A stretch of DNA of 63,547 nt, counting the filler, from Klebsormidium nitens (taxonomy: Eukaryota > Plantae > Klebsormidiophyceae), in assembly GCA_000708835.1 (NCBI GenBank). It is 7 parts of 7 records of this genome, joined end to end, with 100 filler letters (N's around TTAATTAATTAA, not from the genome) between each part and the next. Parts side by side here need not be neighbours in the genome. Positions count along the whole stretch, not along the records: positions 1 to 26,203 come from DF237829.1; 6 more parts are not named here. One strand, given 5' to 3'. This document shows, piece by piece, positions 1 through 11,635 of this stretch. A model generated the notes under the pieces. It was not told the origin of the DNA. It made no database searches and saw only the letters and a list, made by a program, of their open reading frames with translations. A program made the position numbers and the translations under genes. Every line of letters begins with the position of its first letter. Positions within the stretch are counted from its first letter, which is position 1.

Positions 1-765
1 ATCTTAATGGTCTGAAACGACCTTCTAGAAGTTTCCACGGCTCCATAGCCTATAAACCACCCTCTGCATATATGAATATCCCTAAAAATCCTGCGAGGAT
101 CACGCTCCTCGTGCATGCAATCCCATAGCATGTCTTGGAATGCTATCATGCCTGAGCGCCACAAACATATGCATATTGAATCATTCACTTAGGCCCTGCG
201 GCCGGTTGAGGCCCGCGTTGTATATATAACAGCTAGGCCCGGCGGCCAAGCGGGGGCCGGCCCCCTGTGCTGCGGCGCATGCCATGATGGGCTGTTCAAG
301 CCCGCGCGTCGGCCGCCGTGGGCGAGTCCGATCTACACAGCTATGAGTACGCCCATGCATCATGGCATGCGTAGATTGAAAGTGATAGGCCATGCAGCGT
401 ATGCGAAACACATAGTATAGAATCATTTTGTACTGTCATTGCATTTTTTTCAATGATTGGAATGATCTCCAGCCTGAGACTGCACGCTGAGCTTATGTAG
501 GAAGCCAAGGCGGCTACTGTAGTTGTTTTCCGGTGCACCGTATTTATATCTGCACACGATGAGGCCGCCTCAATTGATTCGCGGTCCTTTATTGAGCCCA
601 TATTAAGTTGGTGGCCGGACTTACAAATCCCAGGCTCGGGAACTACCCATCGCAACAATCAATGCAGAAGCAAGGACCAGAGACGACAATCAACCAAACG
701 TACAGTCGAAGCGGGACGCATGCATTTCGAACCCCCTTATTTGAGTCGTATCAGCAGCTGTACGA

Positions 766-773
766 TATATACA
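766..773 (-). promoter_or_regulatory. Putative Pumilio response element UGUAUAUA in the inferred PUM 3' UTR
   Basis: Plus-strand TATATACA reads UGUAUAUA on the PUM mRNA strand and matches the UGUAHAUA consensus. Inclusion in the transcript is not shown. Confidence 0.35.
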
Positions 774-1202
774 ACGCCAGCGCCTATACAGATAGTACTA
801 CTACATACATTTCTACTTACGGCCCTACCCGGGATGCACGGTTTTGGCGGACTCGTATGTCTCTCTTCACAGTGTGCTGCGCGACAAGGTCCCCCAAACC
901 GTCGCCCCGTACACAGCGTGGCTACAACTCTATGGAAACCCCCGCTCTATACACAGCTGCAATTGCCGAGACTACCCGTTCTGAAGTACTATTCGCAAAC
1001 TAATATCGTCCACATTAAGAATGGCCTGCGGAGCTCCACACCCGGTTCCCCGGAGACTCCCCTTCTCTCTTTCCCGTCCGTCACTCAATCGTATGCACAG
1101 AGAGTACACAAAGACCTCATACATGCCCGCTCGTCAACCCCCTCGCCTGGGAACGTTTTGAACACCGCCGGTCACTCAAGGCTAGAGTGCGCCCCTCTGC
1201 GG

Positions 1203-1210
1203 TATGTACA
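1203..1210 (-). promoter_or_regulatory. Putative Pumilio response element UGUACAUA in the inferred PUM 3' UTR
   Basis: Plus-strand TATGTACA reads UGUACAUA on the mRNA strand, about 150 nt past the inferred stop. UGUACAAA and UGUAUACA variants lie within the adjacent 60 nt. Confidence 0.45.
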
Positions 1211-1350
1211 CGCACTCCACCCTGCTCGTTTATATTTTGTACACAACGCTATGCATCCTGTATACAAAGCCCCAAGCTTATGACCGCACATCGACCACCC
1301 AAGAAGAATCCACGCCGGAAACGATGCGGCCGGGTGGACTAGAGGGCAGC

Positions 1351-4300
1351 TCAGTGGCGGTGGTCGGACCGGTTGCGGTCGTTGCGTCGTGACTGAGACC
1401 CGGGGTTTTCTGCAGAAGGGATACAAGAGAATCAAAACACCCTACCGTTGGTCCTCGTAGCCTTCTCTTTGCACTCCCAACTTCATATGGCGAAATTGAT
1501 CCTAATGCTATATTTGATAGCAGACTCATCCTCAAGCTACGCTTCTCTAACGGAACTGGCATTAAGGCTTTGTCAGGGAAGTCCCCTTGCAAGCTTGGCA
1601 CACCCGGTACGCCGGGCAGCAAGCAAATGCATCGGACAGAGGTCTGAAACGTCTGATCCCGTTGCCTTCTGACTGTGCTTTCGCGCATCTCAACGTGCAG
1701 CCCCGGACTGACGTTTGGCGTATTACAAGGGCTGTCATCAACCACGACTAAGCTCACCAGAGCCAACACGAGGACACAAAAATACCCTTGGCATACATGC
1801 TCGTCGAATGTTTATGCGCTGCATAGCAACTGCGCACCACAAAAATAAGGCCAAAAGCCCGCCAGCTCCTGTGGTTCTCTGCTGTCTTCGTTTCCGATTC
1901 CCGCTGGTACTATTCGCAAAACTGCAGCGCAACCGTGATTGCCACCCGCAGCCTGTCCTCCGCATGGCTCACCTGCGGATGCAATGAGCTTCTCGACGCG
2001 CGCGACGATGTGCTTGCCGTAGGTGTACTTTTTGAGGGCGTGCAGGTGCACCTTGATGCGACCGAGCAGGTACTCCCGCTGGCCCTCGTCCGCCACCTCC
2101 AGCACCTGCCACCGAAAGCAAGGGTTTGAGAACAGACCTTCGAAAACGCCGTCCTGAAACAAATGTGGCGCTTCGACTCGTATTTAGATGTAGATTGGGA
2201 GTTCTGAGTCTGAACATCCCTGCTGACCCTTGTCCGCCACCTCCAGCACCTGCCACCCAAAAAAGTGTTTTGGAAGGGCCGTTTCTGAGTCTTAGGCAAC
2301 AATGGGGAACACGTTTTTGAGCGCAACAGAGTCAAAACTAGGATGCCCTTGGACACAAAAGAGCTCCGAGCCCTCGTCGGCAACCTCTGGCCCTAAGAGA
2401 GTTTGAGCTTTACATTCTCAATTAGAAACAAAGACTTTCTGGGAACAGCTTTCGGGTCCAAGAAATATACGGACTTCATACACTTCAGACTTCGGACAGG
2501 GTTCTCACAGACCAACACCCCTCCGCTATTTGTAAATACTCAGGCCCCACCTTTTGCACGACGTAGTTGGCGAACTGGTCCTTCATCATGGCCTGCAGCG
2601 GCTCGTTCTCGTTCGTCTGGCCCAGCATCTCCGTGATCACCAGCTGACGCTCAGCGGGGCCGCCGTACTCCACGCACTTCTCCACCACGTTGCTGCGGAG
2701 ATGACCGCAAAATGTGAGGAACTATTGTGGCAAAAAGGGTGGATTGACAGGTTCTTGGGAACACAACGAACGCAATCTACAGCAGCTATCCAAGGAAGAT
2801 TATGGTTAAAGCTCAGTTAGTCTACAGACGTCAAACGGAATTCAATGCGGCTACGGTACTCAATGCACTTCTCCACCACGTCTCTACAGAAACATGCTCA
2901 CTGACGCGTCAGGGACTACGTCAAGGAAATGCTGGACAAGCTTCGGAAATCAATAGCGACGAACCCCAAAAGCGTTTTGAAGCAAACTCAACATGCATCC
3001 TGAACCCGCATGGTCTCTGAACCCGTCATTTTGGAGGTTGCGAACCCCTTGATATATCACGGTTGAAAACCACTCGGCAAATTTGTGCTGTCTCGCGGCC
3101 ACAATCCCATCGCCAGCTTGGATGCACTTGTCCTTAACCGCAGGCTCAACTTGCATGCCGCACCATAGACGATCCAGGGGCGAGTCCAAACCCGTCGACC
3201 TCCGTATCCCTTTATGGAAAAGACACTCGGAACAATACCAAGATATTCTCAAAGACTTTAAGACTACCAACCCACCTGGCAAACTTGTGCCGGCTCATGG
3301 CCACGATCTGCCCCGCGAGCTTGGTGCAGATGTCCTTCTTCTCTGCGGGCTGGCCGTGCTCCAGCACGTGCTGCACGACGTAGTTGCCGTACTGGTCCTG
3401 CGCCAGCGTCGTCGTGGCGCGCAAGATCTCCTCCATGATGCCCAGCTCCGCCTGCTGCTCCGGGCAGTGCTCCAGCACGCGCTGCAACGCAATGGTTTCG
3501 CAGGGTCAGGGTCGAAGTGCTTGACCGTCACTAGTTCAAGTCTACGGGTCAAGCTTCACGGTCCGTTGTTTCTACAAAACGATGACATCAGAGATCGTTG
3601 AACCAGGGAGGTACACATCAAGTTCTGGAAGATTCCCCGATTAAAGATGAAACGCTACAACTTTCGGCAGATCGAATCGTTACTGCTAACAAGGTCAAAC
3701 ATCGACCCAAGATGCCTCTCGATGGTTTATTTAGACTTGTCGGCATGGAAAGATACCGCAGTATCGTGTCTTCTGCGGAGATCAAACCTCAGAATGGTGG
3801 TCAAATGTCCCGCCCACAGTGCACCGTACCTGGATGACGCGGCAGCCGTAGGGGTGCGTGGAGAGGCTGACGACGTTGCTGTAGAAGGCGTTGACGATGA
3901 AGCCGATGCGGTCGGCGGGGACGCACTCGATGCACTTTTGGATGACGTGGTTCCCGTTCTGGTCGCGCACGCAGCGCATCACCTGCCCGTCCAGCTCCGC
4001 AATGAGCGCGCTCTGCTGCGCACGGTCCACCACCTCCAGCGCCTGCGCAGAAAGGTCGGGGCGGGTCGTTTCTTTTTCTGAGGTGCAATGCGGATTTTTG
4101 GAGTTTTGAAGTGCTTTGCCGTTCATCTTCCAAGGATACCCGGATGGGTCGACACATGCTTACGTATTCGAAGGGCTTTGCAGGCGTGGGTTTTCAAAGC
4201 TTTGAGGCGTCTGAGATTACAACAACTTCAGGCGCTCAACTTCCGAGGAATGCCAATGAGAAGGGAGAATTGGAGATGAAAGGACGCTGGTCCTTCTCCC

Positions 4301-7300
4301 GCTCTCGCGATCGGAACCTGGAAACAGCTTCTACTTTGTAGCTAGCTCAAGCTCATGAACTCGTTGCCACTTGGAGCGACTTAAATGGACACTTGACATA
4401 CTGGCCCTGAACTGAAGTGGAGGTTCAGCGATGGTGCTAATCCCGAAGACGCTCGCAGACAAGTAGTGAGGCAGCAGTAGTTGTCTTTTCTAAGCGTATC
4501 TTTGTAAAACAAAAGCTTCGAAACACCAAAGCGGGTGAGGGTAGAGCTAAGGGTAGAAAAAACCCCACCAGCCTCCACGTATAACAGCCTTCGACCAAAG
4601 TCCAAAAATCAGCGTCCCCCTTTCGAGGCTAGGATAAGCAGCTGCTGACCCTCACCTTTTGGATGACCCTGCATCCGTACATCTGTAGGGACAGCGCCAG
4701 CACGTGGCCCTGTAACTGCTTCGCCAGCTCGCGCCGCTGGGGAGGGGTGCCGTGCTCAAAGAACTGCGCAAACAGATGTAACAGCCCCTTATAAGCTGTT
4801 GCTGGCTTTCTTGGCGGAGCTCTGCACCGTCTGTAACCAAATGATGTCTCACAAGAACGGCCCACGATAACGCCCCGCAGTGCTGCTTTTGAAGCATCTT
4901 TTCGAGCAGAAGGCTGGTTCCGAGCCTTTTCAAACGCTGTTTTTAATCGAAAAGCTTCGGAGCAACTTCGAGACAGTGCGAAAACCCCAGCAGAAAAAGG
5001 CGACTTGAGATATCTCCGAGAAGCGGCACTCAAAGCGACCTGCTCTCATGCAACGAAGTTTTCCCGAACACCGAAGTGATGGGCGCTGTGACCTATAAAA
5101 AAATTGCAACGGGCTGGCCTGTGTGCCCCACCTTCTGTATGACGTAGTTGCCAAAGACGTCGGTCATGAGCGTGAGCGCGCGCGGGAGGACCTCCTCAAA
5201 GATCATCTGCTTCTCCTGGGGGGGTGCGACCTCCAGCTTCTGCTGGATGAACCGGCTGCCGTGCTGGTCCGCACTGCACACAGGGGCCACACAAAGTGTT
5301 GAGGGATCGAGCCTCAGTAGAAAGTCTGCAGCTTCTGTTGCCAGGTTGGAGTTTATTACTCCTTAAGCTGGTAGTGTGCACCCTGTCTGTCGCCCAGGAA
5401 TGACCTGCTTCCGTTGGATTGTGCCGAAAGTGGTGGTCGACATCAAGCACAAAGGCTCGGAAGCAAGTTGCATCCAGGTTCAAAGTCGGATCTTTAAAAG
5501 GACGACACAAGCAATCCAGATTCGGAACGATGCTCACTGGACTATAGCGGTGACTGCGGCTTCTACCAAGTCACAGTCAAAGAAACCCCCAGGCTTGCCA
5601 ACTCTAAGACGTATTCCAGCTTGATTCCTTGAGCCACATTGTGCCGGAGGGCGGTTACCGTGACCTTCTGCAACTTCGGACCCTGACATCCTCCAAAACA
5701 ACAGCATGTGTTCCCAGCAAATCACCAAACGCCAGGCCAACCTTGTGAAAGGGTTTCCTGAACATTGCCGACCGGCGCGGGCCCCTCACCTGAACTCCAC
5801 GACATGCCCCACAATGTCCGCCAGCTCAAACCTCCTCGTCTTGCTGTTCTTGAACTCCTCCAGCAGGCCCGACCCCCGCGTCTCCTCCGCTTTCTCCCCG
5901 CCCCACTGCCCATACCCGGGGGGCTGCCGGCCCCTTTCAACCGGGGCCCCCCTCGCCATCCTCTCCTCCCTTCGCACCCCCCCCAGAGGCGCCATAGCAG
6001 GCCCCGGATACATTGGCGCCACCCCAGGGGGGGATCCATAGTACGCCGGGCTGTGGCCACCCCCCTTGGGGGCAGGGACATTCACCCCCCCGGGGCGGCG
6101 TTCAGGGCTGAACCCGAAACCACCCAAAGCCCCCCGCTCCATCAGAAGCTCCCCGCCAGCGCCAGGTGGCGTCCCCACATAAGGAGCGGGTTCTCGCCCC
6201 ATCCTCGCGTCATCGGCGCTCCTTTGGAGGTAGGCGATGTACATGGGATCCGCCTGGGGGGCGCCGCCCCGGTACATGGGATGCATCCCCGCACCCCCCT
6301 GGTCGTACATCATTCCCGAGGGGGGGTAGCTGCCGAACGGGCTGACCATCGTTGGGCTCATTGGGAAACCCCCCATTTGCATTGCGGCTGCCGCGGCATA
6401 CTGGGGCCCGTACATGGCTGCTGCCGCTTGCATGTTTTGGAAGTAGGCGGGATTGTTGGCCATGTGCTGGTACATAGCGGCAGCCGCTGCGGCGCTGAAC
6501 ATTTCGGGGGGGCCGCCGGAGGGGCCTCCAGGGCCCCCTGGAACGGACATCGGGATGCTGCTGGTGCGGCTGCGGGGGTGGTCCTGAGGGTGGGAACGGT
6601 GGCTCGGCTTGCGGTAGTTGTCCTGGAAGGGAAGAGAATAGTAGAGACGAATTTCAGAGGGTGACCAAGTTCCTGTGCGAACTCTATATTCATGGAGAGG
6701 CGAAGCACAAGGAAACCACGTGGCCTCAGTTCACCTACTTCCTCACACAGAGTGTCAGCCATCAGCACAGTGTTGCTACACCATCTGCGGTGCTTTTAAA
6801 AGCGTTACAACTGGTTGAGTCAGGTGGACACAAATTCAGACTCGTCTGAACCAGCCCGAAATGTGAGAACTCCTTCCACAGAGAGGTGAACTTTCTTGCT
6901 CGCTATTCAATGAAGACACCATGGGCTTGAATAACATGGAGTAAGTGTCTGTGCCGTCAGAGCGGTAGCCCACCTGTGGATGCAGCGCTTTCCTGTGGCT
7001 CTCCCCCCCACGCGAATGTACCTGGTGCTCCTGCTCCATGCCCCCATCCCGAAACCCTTCTCCTCCTCCGACCCTCAACCCCTGCATCTGGGCCGTCAGA
7101 TCCGACGCCGACGCACTGTTCGCGCGGCTAAGGTTGTGCAAACCCCCTCCCTCATGCAAACCCGCCGTAGCGCCCGTTCCAATTGGCGCGGGACTCGCGT
7201 GCCTTGGTGGAGCACCCACCGAAGGGGGGCCTGAGAGAGTGCTTGCAGGGGAGGGGATGCCCAGACTGCCCAAAGGTTTGGGTGTTGCGGTGTTCGAGCG

Positions 7301-10177
7301 CGGGACAGGCGCAGGCGACTCAGCGCGGTGCAGCGCGGCGGCTTCTTGCAGGAGCGAAGGCGCGTCGTCATCGCGGTTGGCGTTGCGCGAGTGGCTGTAG
7401 ACAGGGGAGGGCGTGCGGGGAAAATCCTCCTGCAGATGAGAAGGGGGGGTGACTAAGTTGAGGGATTTTAAAGATACAAGAGGGACATATTGGACTGGGG
7501 ATAATTTCTGTTTGCAAACAAAGGGGCAGAGGAAGTGAACTCTGGTGGCATAATAGAGGAGCTCAATATGATCACTTACTCGAAGAAGAAGCTCTCAGTC
7601 GAAGAGCAATTAGGACTAGAAAGGCATGACTGTAATCAGGCTAGCTTGTCACGGAAACATAGGACCACCTGCCAACGAGGCACTGTGCAGGTGAAATCAT
7701 GACGCCAAACTCTTTGCATTCTTTCTCTCGCTAAATCTCTTGCGATTCTGACAAGCAGGCTTTACCGACAAACCCAAGCGCCGCACCTGGATGAGGTCCA
7801 CCAGGCTCTTGGGCTTGGCCCCCAGCCCCATGCTGGTTAGCCCCAACAGCACCCCAGGGTCTCGCTGCCAATCGTGCTGGGGGTTCGAGAGACCGCCCAT
7901 TCCTTCAAGAAAAGAAAGAAACACAGTCACTTAATGCAAGGCAGTTGGGTGTTGCTTATGGAAACATGTCAAGCTGGAAAATAGAGGAAGTGTAAGAAAA
8001 GTTGTTGGGGTGTGTCAACTTGTGCAGCGGCCGAGTCAGGCTGTTCTTTGCTTGCTCTTGGAGAAAAGGGTGGGGTAGTAGAGCAACAGTGACTGCCACT
8101 TCCTACCCCCCGGTCCACTGTTGCACAGCCAAAAAGATCCAGAGAAAGCTCCAAACACAGCTAATGCTTCGGTACAAAATGGATCCCATGAAGACCAGGG
8201 ACCTGCAATGGAAAGATTGGTACCACATGCTGCAGCAGTTGAGCTTCACATGCACTCTGCCCTAGCTTTCTGCCAGATTTTGCAACATAAGGGATGCAAT
8301 TTGAAGCATGGCCACATTTCAAGTCAACTCTGGCACGACGACTCAATAAGCCGCGTGGTGCGGAGGAAAGACGATCAGCACTTCATCTAAAAAGCTGACA
8401 CCATATGTCCAAGTTTTCTCAAAACTCTACTTCGCTTTTGCCACATTAAGGGTGCTCGTCAAGATTGAAATCAATGTTCGATCTGGAACACAGTATCCAA
8501 CCCAACCGGTCGGACAAACTTTTCTCAACCAATGAAGCATAGAGCGCGTTGGACCTTTACCACCTCATCACAGTTCATTTCAGCACCTGCGCTCTAGTCT
8601 TCAAAGCTGCAGCATCTGATAGCTTGCTACTTTTCGATGAACTGACGAGCACAAGTTGCACCGCAAATGTGTAGCACGGAATGTGCATGGTAATGCACCC
8701 CGCATTTTCGCACGAGCTCCGTGACGAGCCCAAAACGGGAGGCCAGATAAGGACTACCTCGAAATTGGCACCTGACAGTGGTTCAACGGAGTGCTCTCAA
8801 AAATGCAATCTGGGCGTAATTTCTCGCAGAAATTGGAATATGAAGCAGAAGTTCGAACATGCTACAGCGTCCTTTCAAGCAAAATGTTTCTTAAGGTCGG
8901 CAAAAAATGGGCCAAACATATTCTGAAAGCATGCGACCACAAGTTGCAGTGCCCTCAAGCCTCTGGCAACAGCCAGGCTCCAACTTACAATGCAAGGTCT
9001 TTCCTTGATCCCTAAAATCCACGTATTTCAATGTAGAAAACCCTTCATTTGAAATTGCTGCAAACAATCATGTGCCAAGCTGATGTCTATCGAGACTCTC
9101 TCTGATGCTCTGAGGATCAAGATGAAGCCCGGGGTCTTGAGGTTTTTGAATTGGAGAGAGCACAACAAGGATACTCAAATGGGCCACTAGAAAGCAGTGG
9201 TAACGGACCCCTGTACATGTCAACACACCTACATTCATAATTCAAACCCGACATGTTGCAATGCAAAACATTGAAGAGTACCTCTCCATCCTGTCCGAAG
9301 CACCGGGGGGCTTCCGGCCGTTCTCTCCGACAAAATGTAGCGTCTCTTTTTGCTACATTCCAATCTCATCCCATGCAGCATTACCCACATTCTTGCTTCA
9401 AGCCAAAAAAAATTGGCCGGAGAGGTTCACAAACTGAGATTCGACCGCAACCCGCTTCATAGAAAGCAGCAAACTTCACACTTGAGCGCGGACCCAGAGG
9501 CCAAGACCAAGAAATTCACCTGCAGAATTGCCCATATCCAAACCGTCACTCTCATTTGCCAGCTGTTCCGGTTCTTCCTCCCTATGCGTCGGCAGCACCG
9601 GTTGCGTCGCAAACAGCGACTTGCTCAGGGGCCCATTCTCCTCCGCCACCCCGCGCGGCCTTCCCGCACCGTCAAACCCTCCCCCTGCCTTCAACCCCGC
9701 CTGCAACCTTTGCGCCAGCCGCCAATTCTCCCACGAAATCAGGGGTGGGGGCAAGCGGGGGTTCAGGTTGATGTGGGAGTAGTAGTACGCCAGGTAAGCA
9801 GGGTCAGACCGCAGCTCCTTCTCATTCTCGGGGATGTTGTAGTCCTCGGCATACGCAGCTGCAATGCCCGCTTTGTCCCGCGCCGTGAGGGCCTCCCCGC
9901 CGTTCTGGCTGTGGAAGAGGTTACTTAGAGACGCAACTCCAGCCAGGCTGCCCTCCACGCTGGGAGGCGCGCTGCCGCTCCTCTGAGGAACATCGCGCGA
10001 GAGGAGGTTCTCAAAGCGCGCCCTGCTGGGACCGCGGAGAAGCATGCCAATCTCATGGGCCACCCCGTCTGGGTCCTGGGAATGCAGCCCCCGGTGCATT
10101 GTCTCGGTCATGGTGGCGGCCATGCTCCCCCCCCGCAGCGGAAGAGCCTCCTGCGAGTGCAGCTGGGCCGTGCTCAT
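1351..10177 (-). CDS. PUM: Pumilio/PUF RNA-binding protein (APUM1-6 class), about 11 exons
   Basis: Exons 5'->3': 10177-9520, 7902-7787, 7429-7022 (alternative donor 6974), 6622-5790, 5273-5132, 4763-4656, 4042-3830, 3481-3276, 2692-2551, 2105-1973, and a putative last exon 1409-1351. All have GT-AG boundaries with consistent phase. Plant APUM N-terminal motifs [26 protein letters not shown] and [18 protein letters not shown] are present. PUF repeats include [81 protein letters not shown] and YTYGKHIV. The last exon and stop are uncertain. Confidence 0.93.
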
Positions 10178-11635
10178 GTGGGCCGCGTTTGAAGACGGAG
10201 CGAAATGAGCGGGTCATTCAGGGGCTGGCTAACCCAAACGCCCGCAGGAGAAACAGCGTTAAAGCATCCGATTCAGCGTAAAATGCACGATTGAACAGGC
10301 TTGCCCAGTCCCCTCTCTAGAGCTGTACTGAGCCCTGGGGCGCCATGTCAGCTGCTCCGAGTCCACATCAGGCCTTTGCTGGTTTTCCTTGTTTTCTGGG
10401 CGTGCCGCGACAGTCGACGCGCGACGCGCGAGTCGGACTCCTTCTTGAAGTTCAACTTGTAACTTAGTTGAAGTTCTTAGGCTTCAGGTGGTCAACACAG
10501 CACCGAAGTAGGTAATGTCGGGCAACAGACACCGTCGATATATTGCATTTATGTAGTTGTAAACAACTTGTCGCCCGTAGATTTTCTATAATTTTCGATA
10601 TCTTGTACGTGCACAATATGGTATGGTACGGTATCATGTATTCCAAAACCCTGTAAGGGTGCCCGCGCGCGGCATGCGGCCGCGCCGCATGCAAACGGAC
10701 CGTACGCGCTAGGTGCCGCGCCTGCGCGCCTTCAATTATAGTGCGCTGGCAGCTAGGCCGGGCGGCGCATGGGGCCCGCGGCCCGCGCGCGCATGCATAT
10801 ATATGCAGGCTGCAACAGCGCTATACCGGCCTATACAGTTCCTGCATCATTTTCACTGCAATGCACACTGATCAGTGTGATCGATCGAGTACCGTCATGA
10901 TACCGGCCAAGTTGGCATGCATGCTTGTCGAATGATCGGACGGTCCCCGGCCGCGTATTGAAAGAAACACTGATAATGAGAGACCATCCCTCAGTGCATT
11001 TCTCCTTGAAAGTCCACGCAAGTGCGCGGCCAGGTCATTCAAGCTCGATAATACCACGTAGGTATGCCATGATGTTGAGTGTCGTTGTTGAAGGCCAGCC
11101 TGCAGCCGCCCTAATTCAAGTCTGGGGTGCCCCTTGCATGCACATAAAAACGATTGCAATTGGGCTCTTGGGGTTTGATCCTCACTAATCAAACTGGCAT
11201 GATGCAGACCGGCAACTAGGTAGCCTAGATCGTAACATAGACTTATGGCTTCTACTTTCAGTGTACTGTGCCGTAACATGTTCCGTACGCTTCTAATGTC
11301 CCGTGTCCTTCTGGTTGATTCAATCTGCAGGTCTGTTTATAACAACACATCTTTAATGGTTGATTCACTCTTTCATGCTACAGCCCTTATACTCTGGGGC
11401 ATGCCCTTGAATCTGGTCATCGGCAATGCTCAAAGCAATTCTGCAGAATGATTGTTTGCAACACCTAACTCTCATTTTTTGCTGCTGCGCAACTCGATTC
11501 TACGGTGGACTCTCTTGAAGCTTTACAAATAAATGCTCAGCCTTTACAATAGTCTGCTTAGACGGTTCCAGGTGTTGTGCGCTGGCTATAAGAAGGTTTT
11601 CCTTACACGGACTGGCCGCTGAACACATGTCTACC

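Noticed and set aside
225-270. Helitron 3' end (GC hairpin followed by CTAG on the minus strand)
   Set aside because: CTAG is followed by C rather than T, and no 5' TC terminus or Rep/helicase remnant was found.
341-1283. Several 100-190-aa ORFs at the window start
   Set aside because: They have no domain motifs or splice support and lie in the inferred Pumilio 3' UTR/intergenic region.
5765-6664. Long plus-strand ORF (299 aa) and similar antisense or alternate-frame ORFs (e.g. 12859-13419, 21577-22227, 22761-23657, 59327-59770, 60274-60780)
   Set aside because: They are shadows of GC-rich coding exons on the other strand or frame and carry no independent motifs.
7931-9475. Additional Pumilio exons in the long first intron
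   Set aside because: Exons 1 and 2 join in phase with continuous APUM-like sequence, and the small ORFs here lack coding features.
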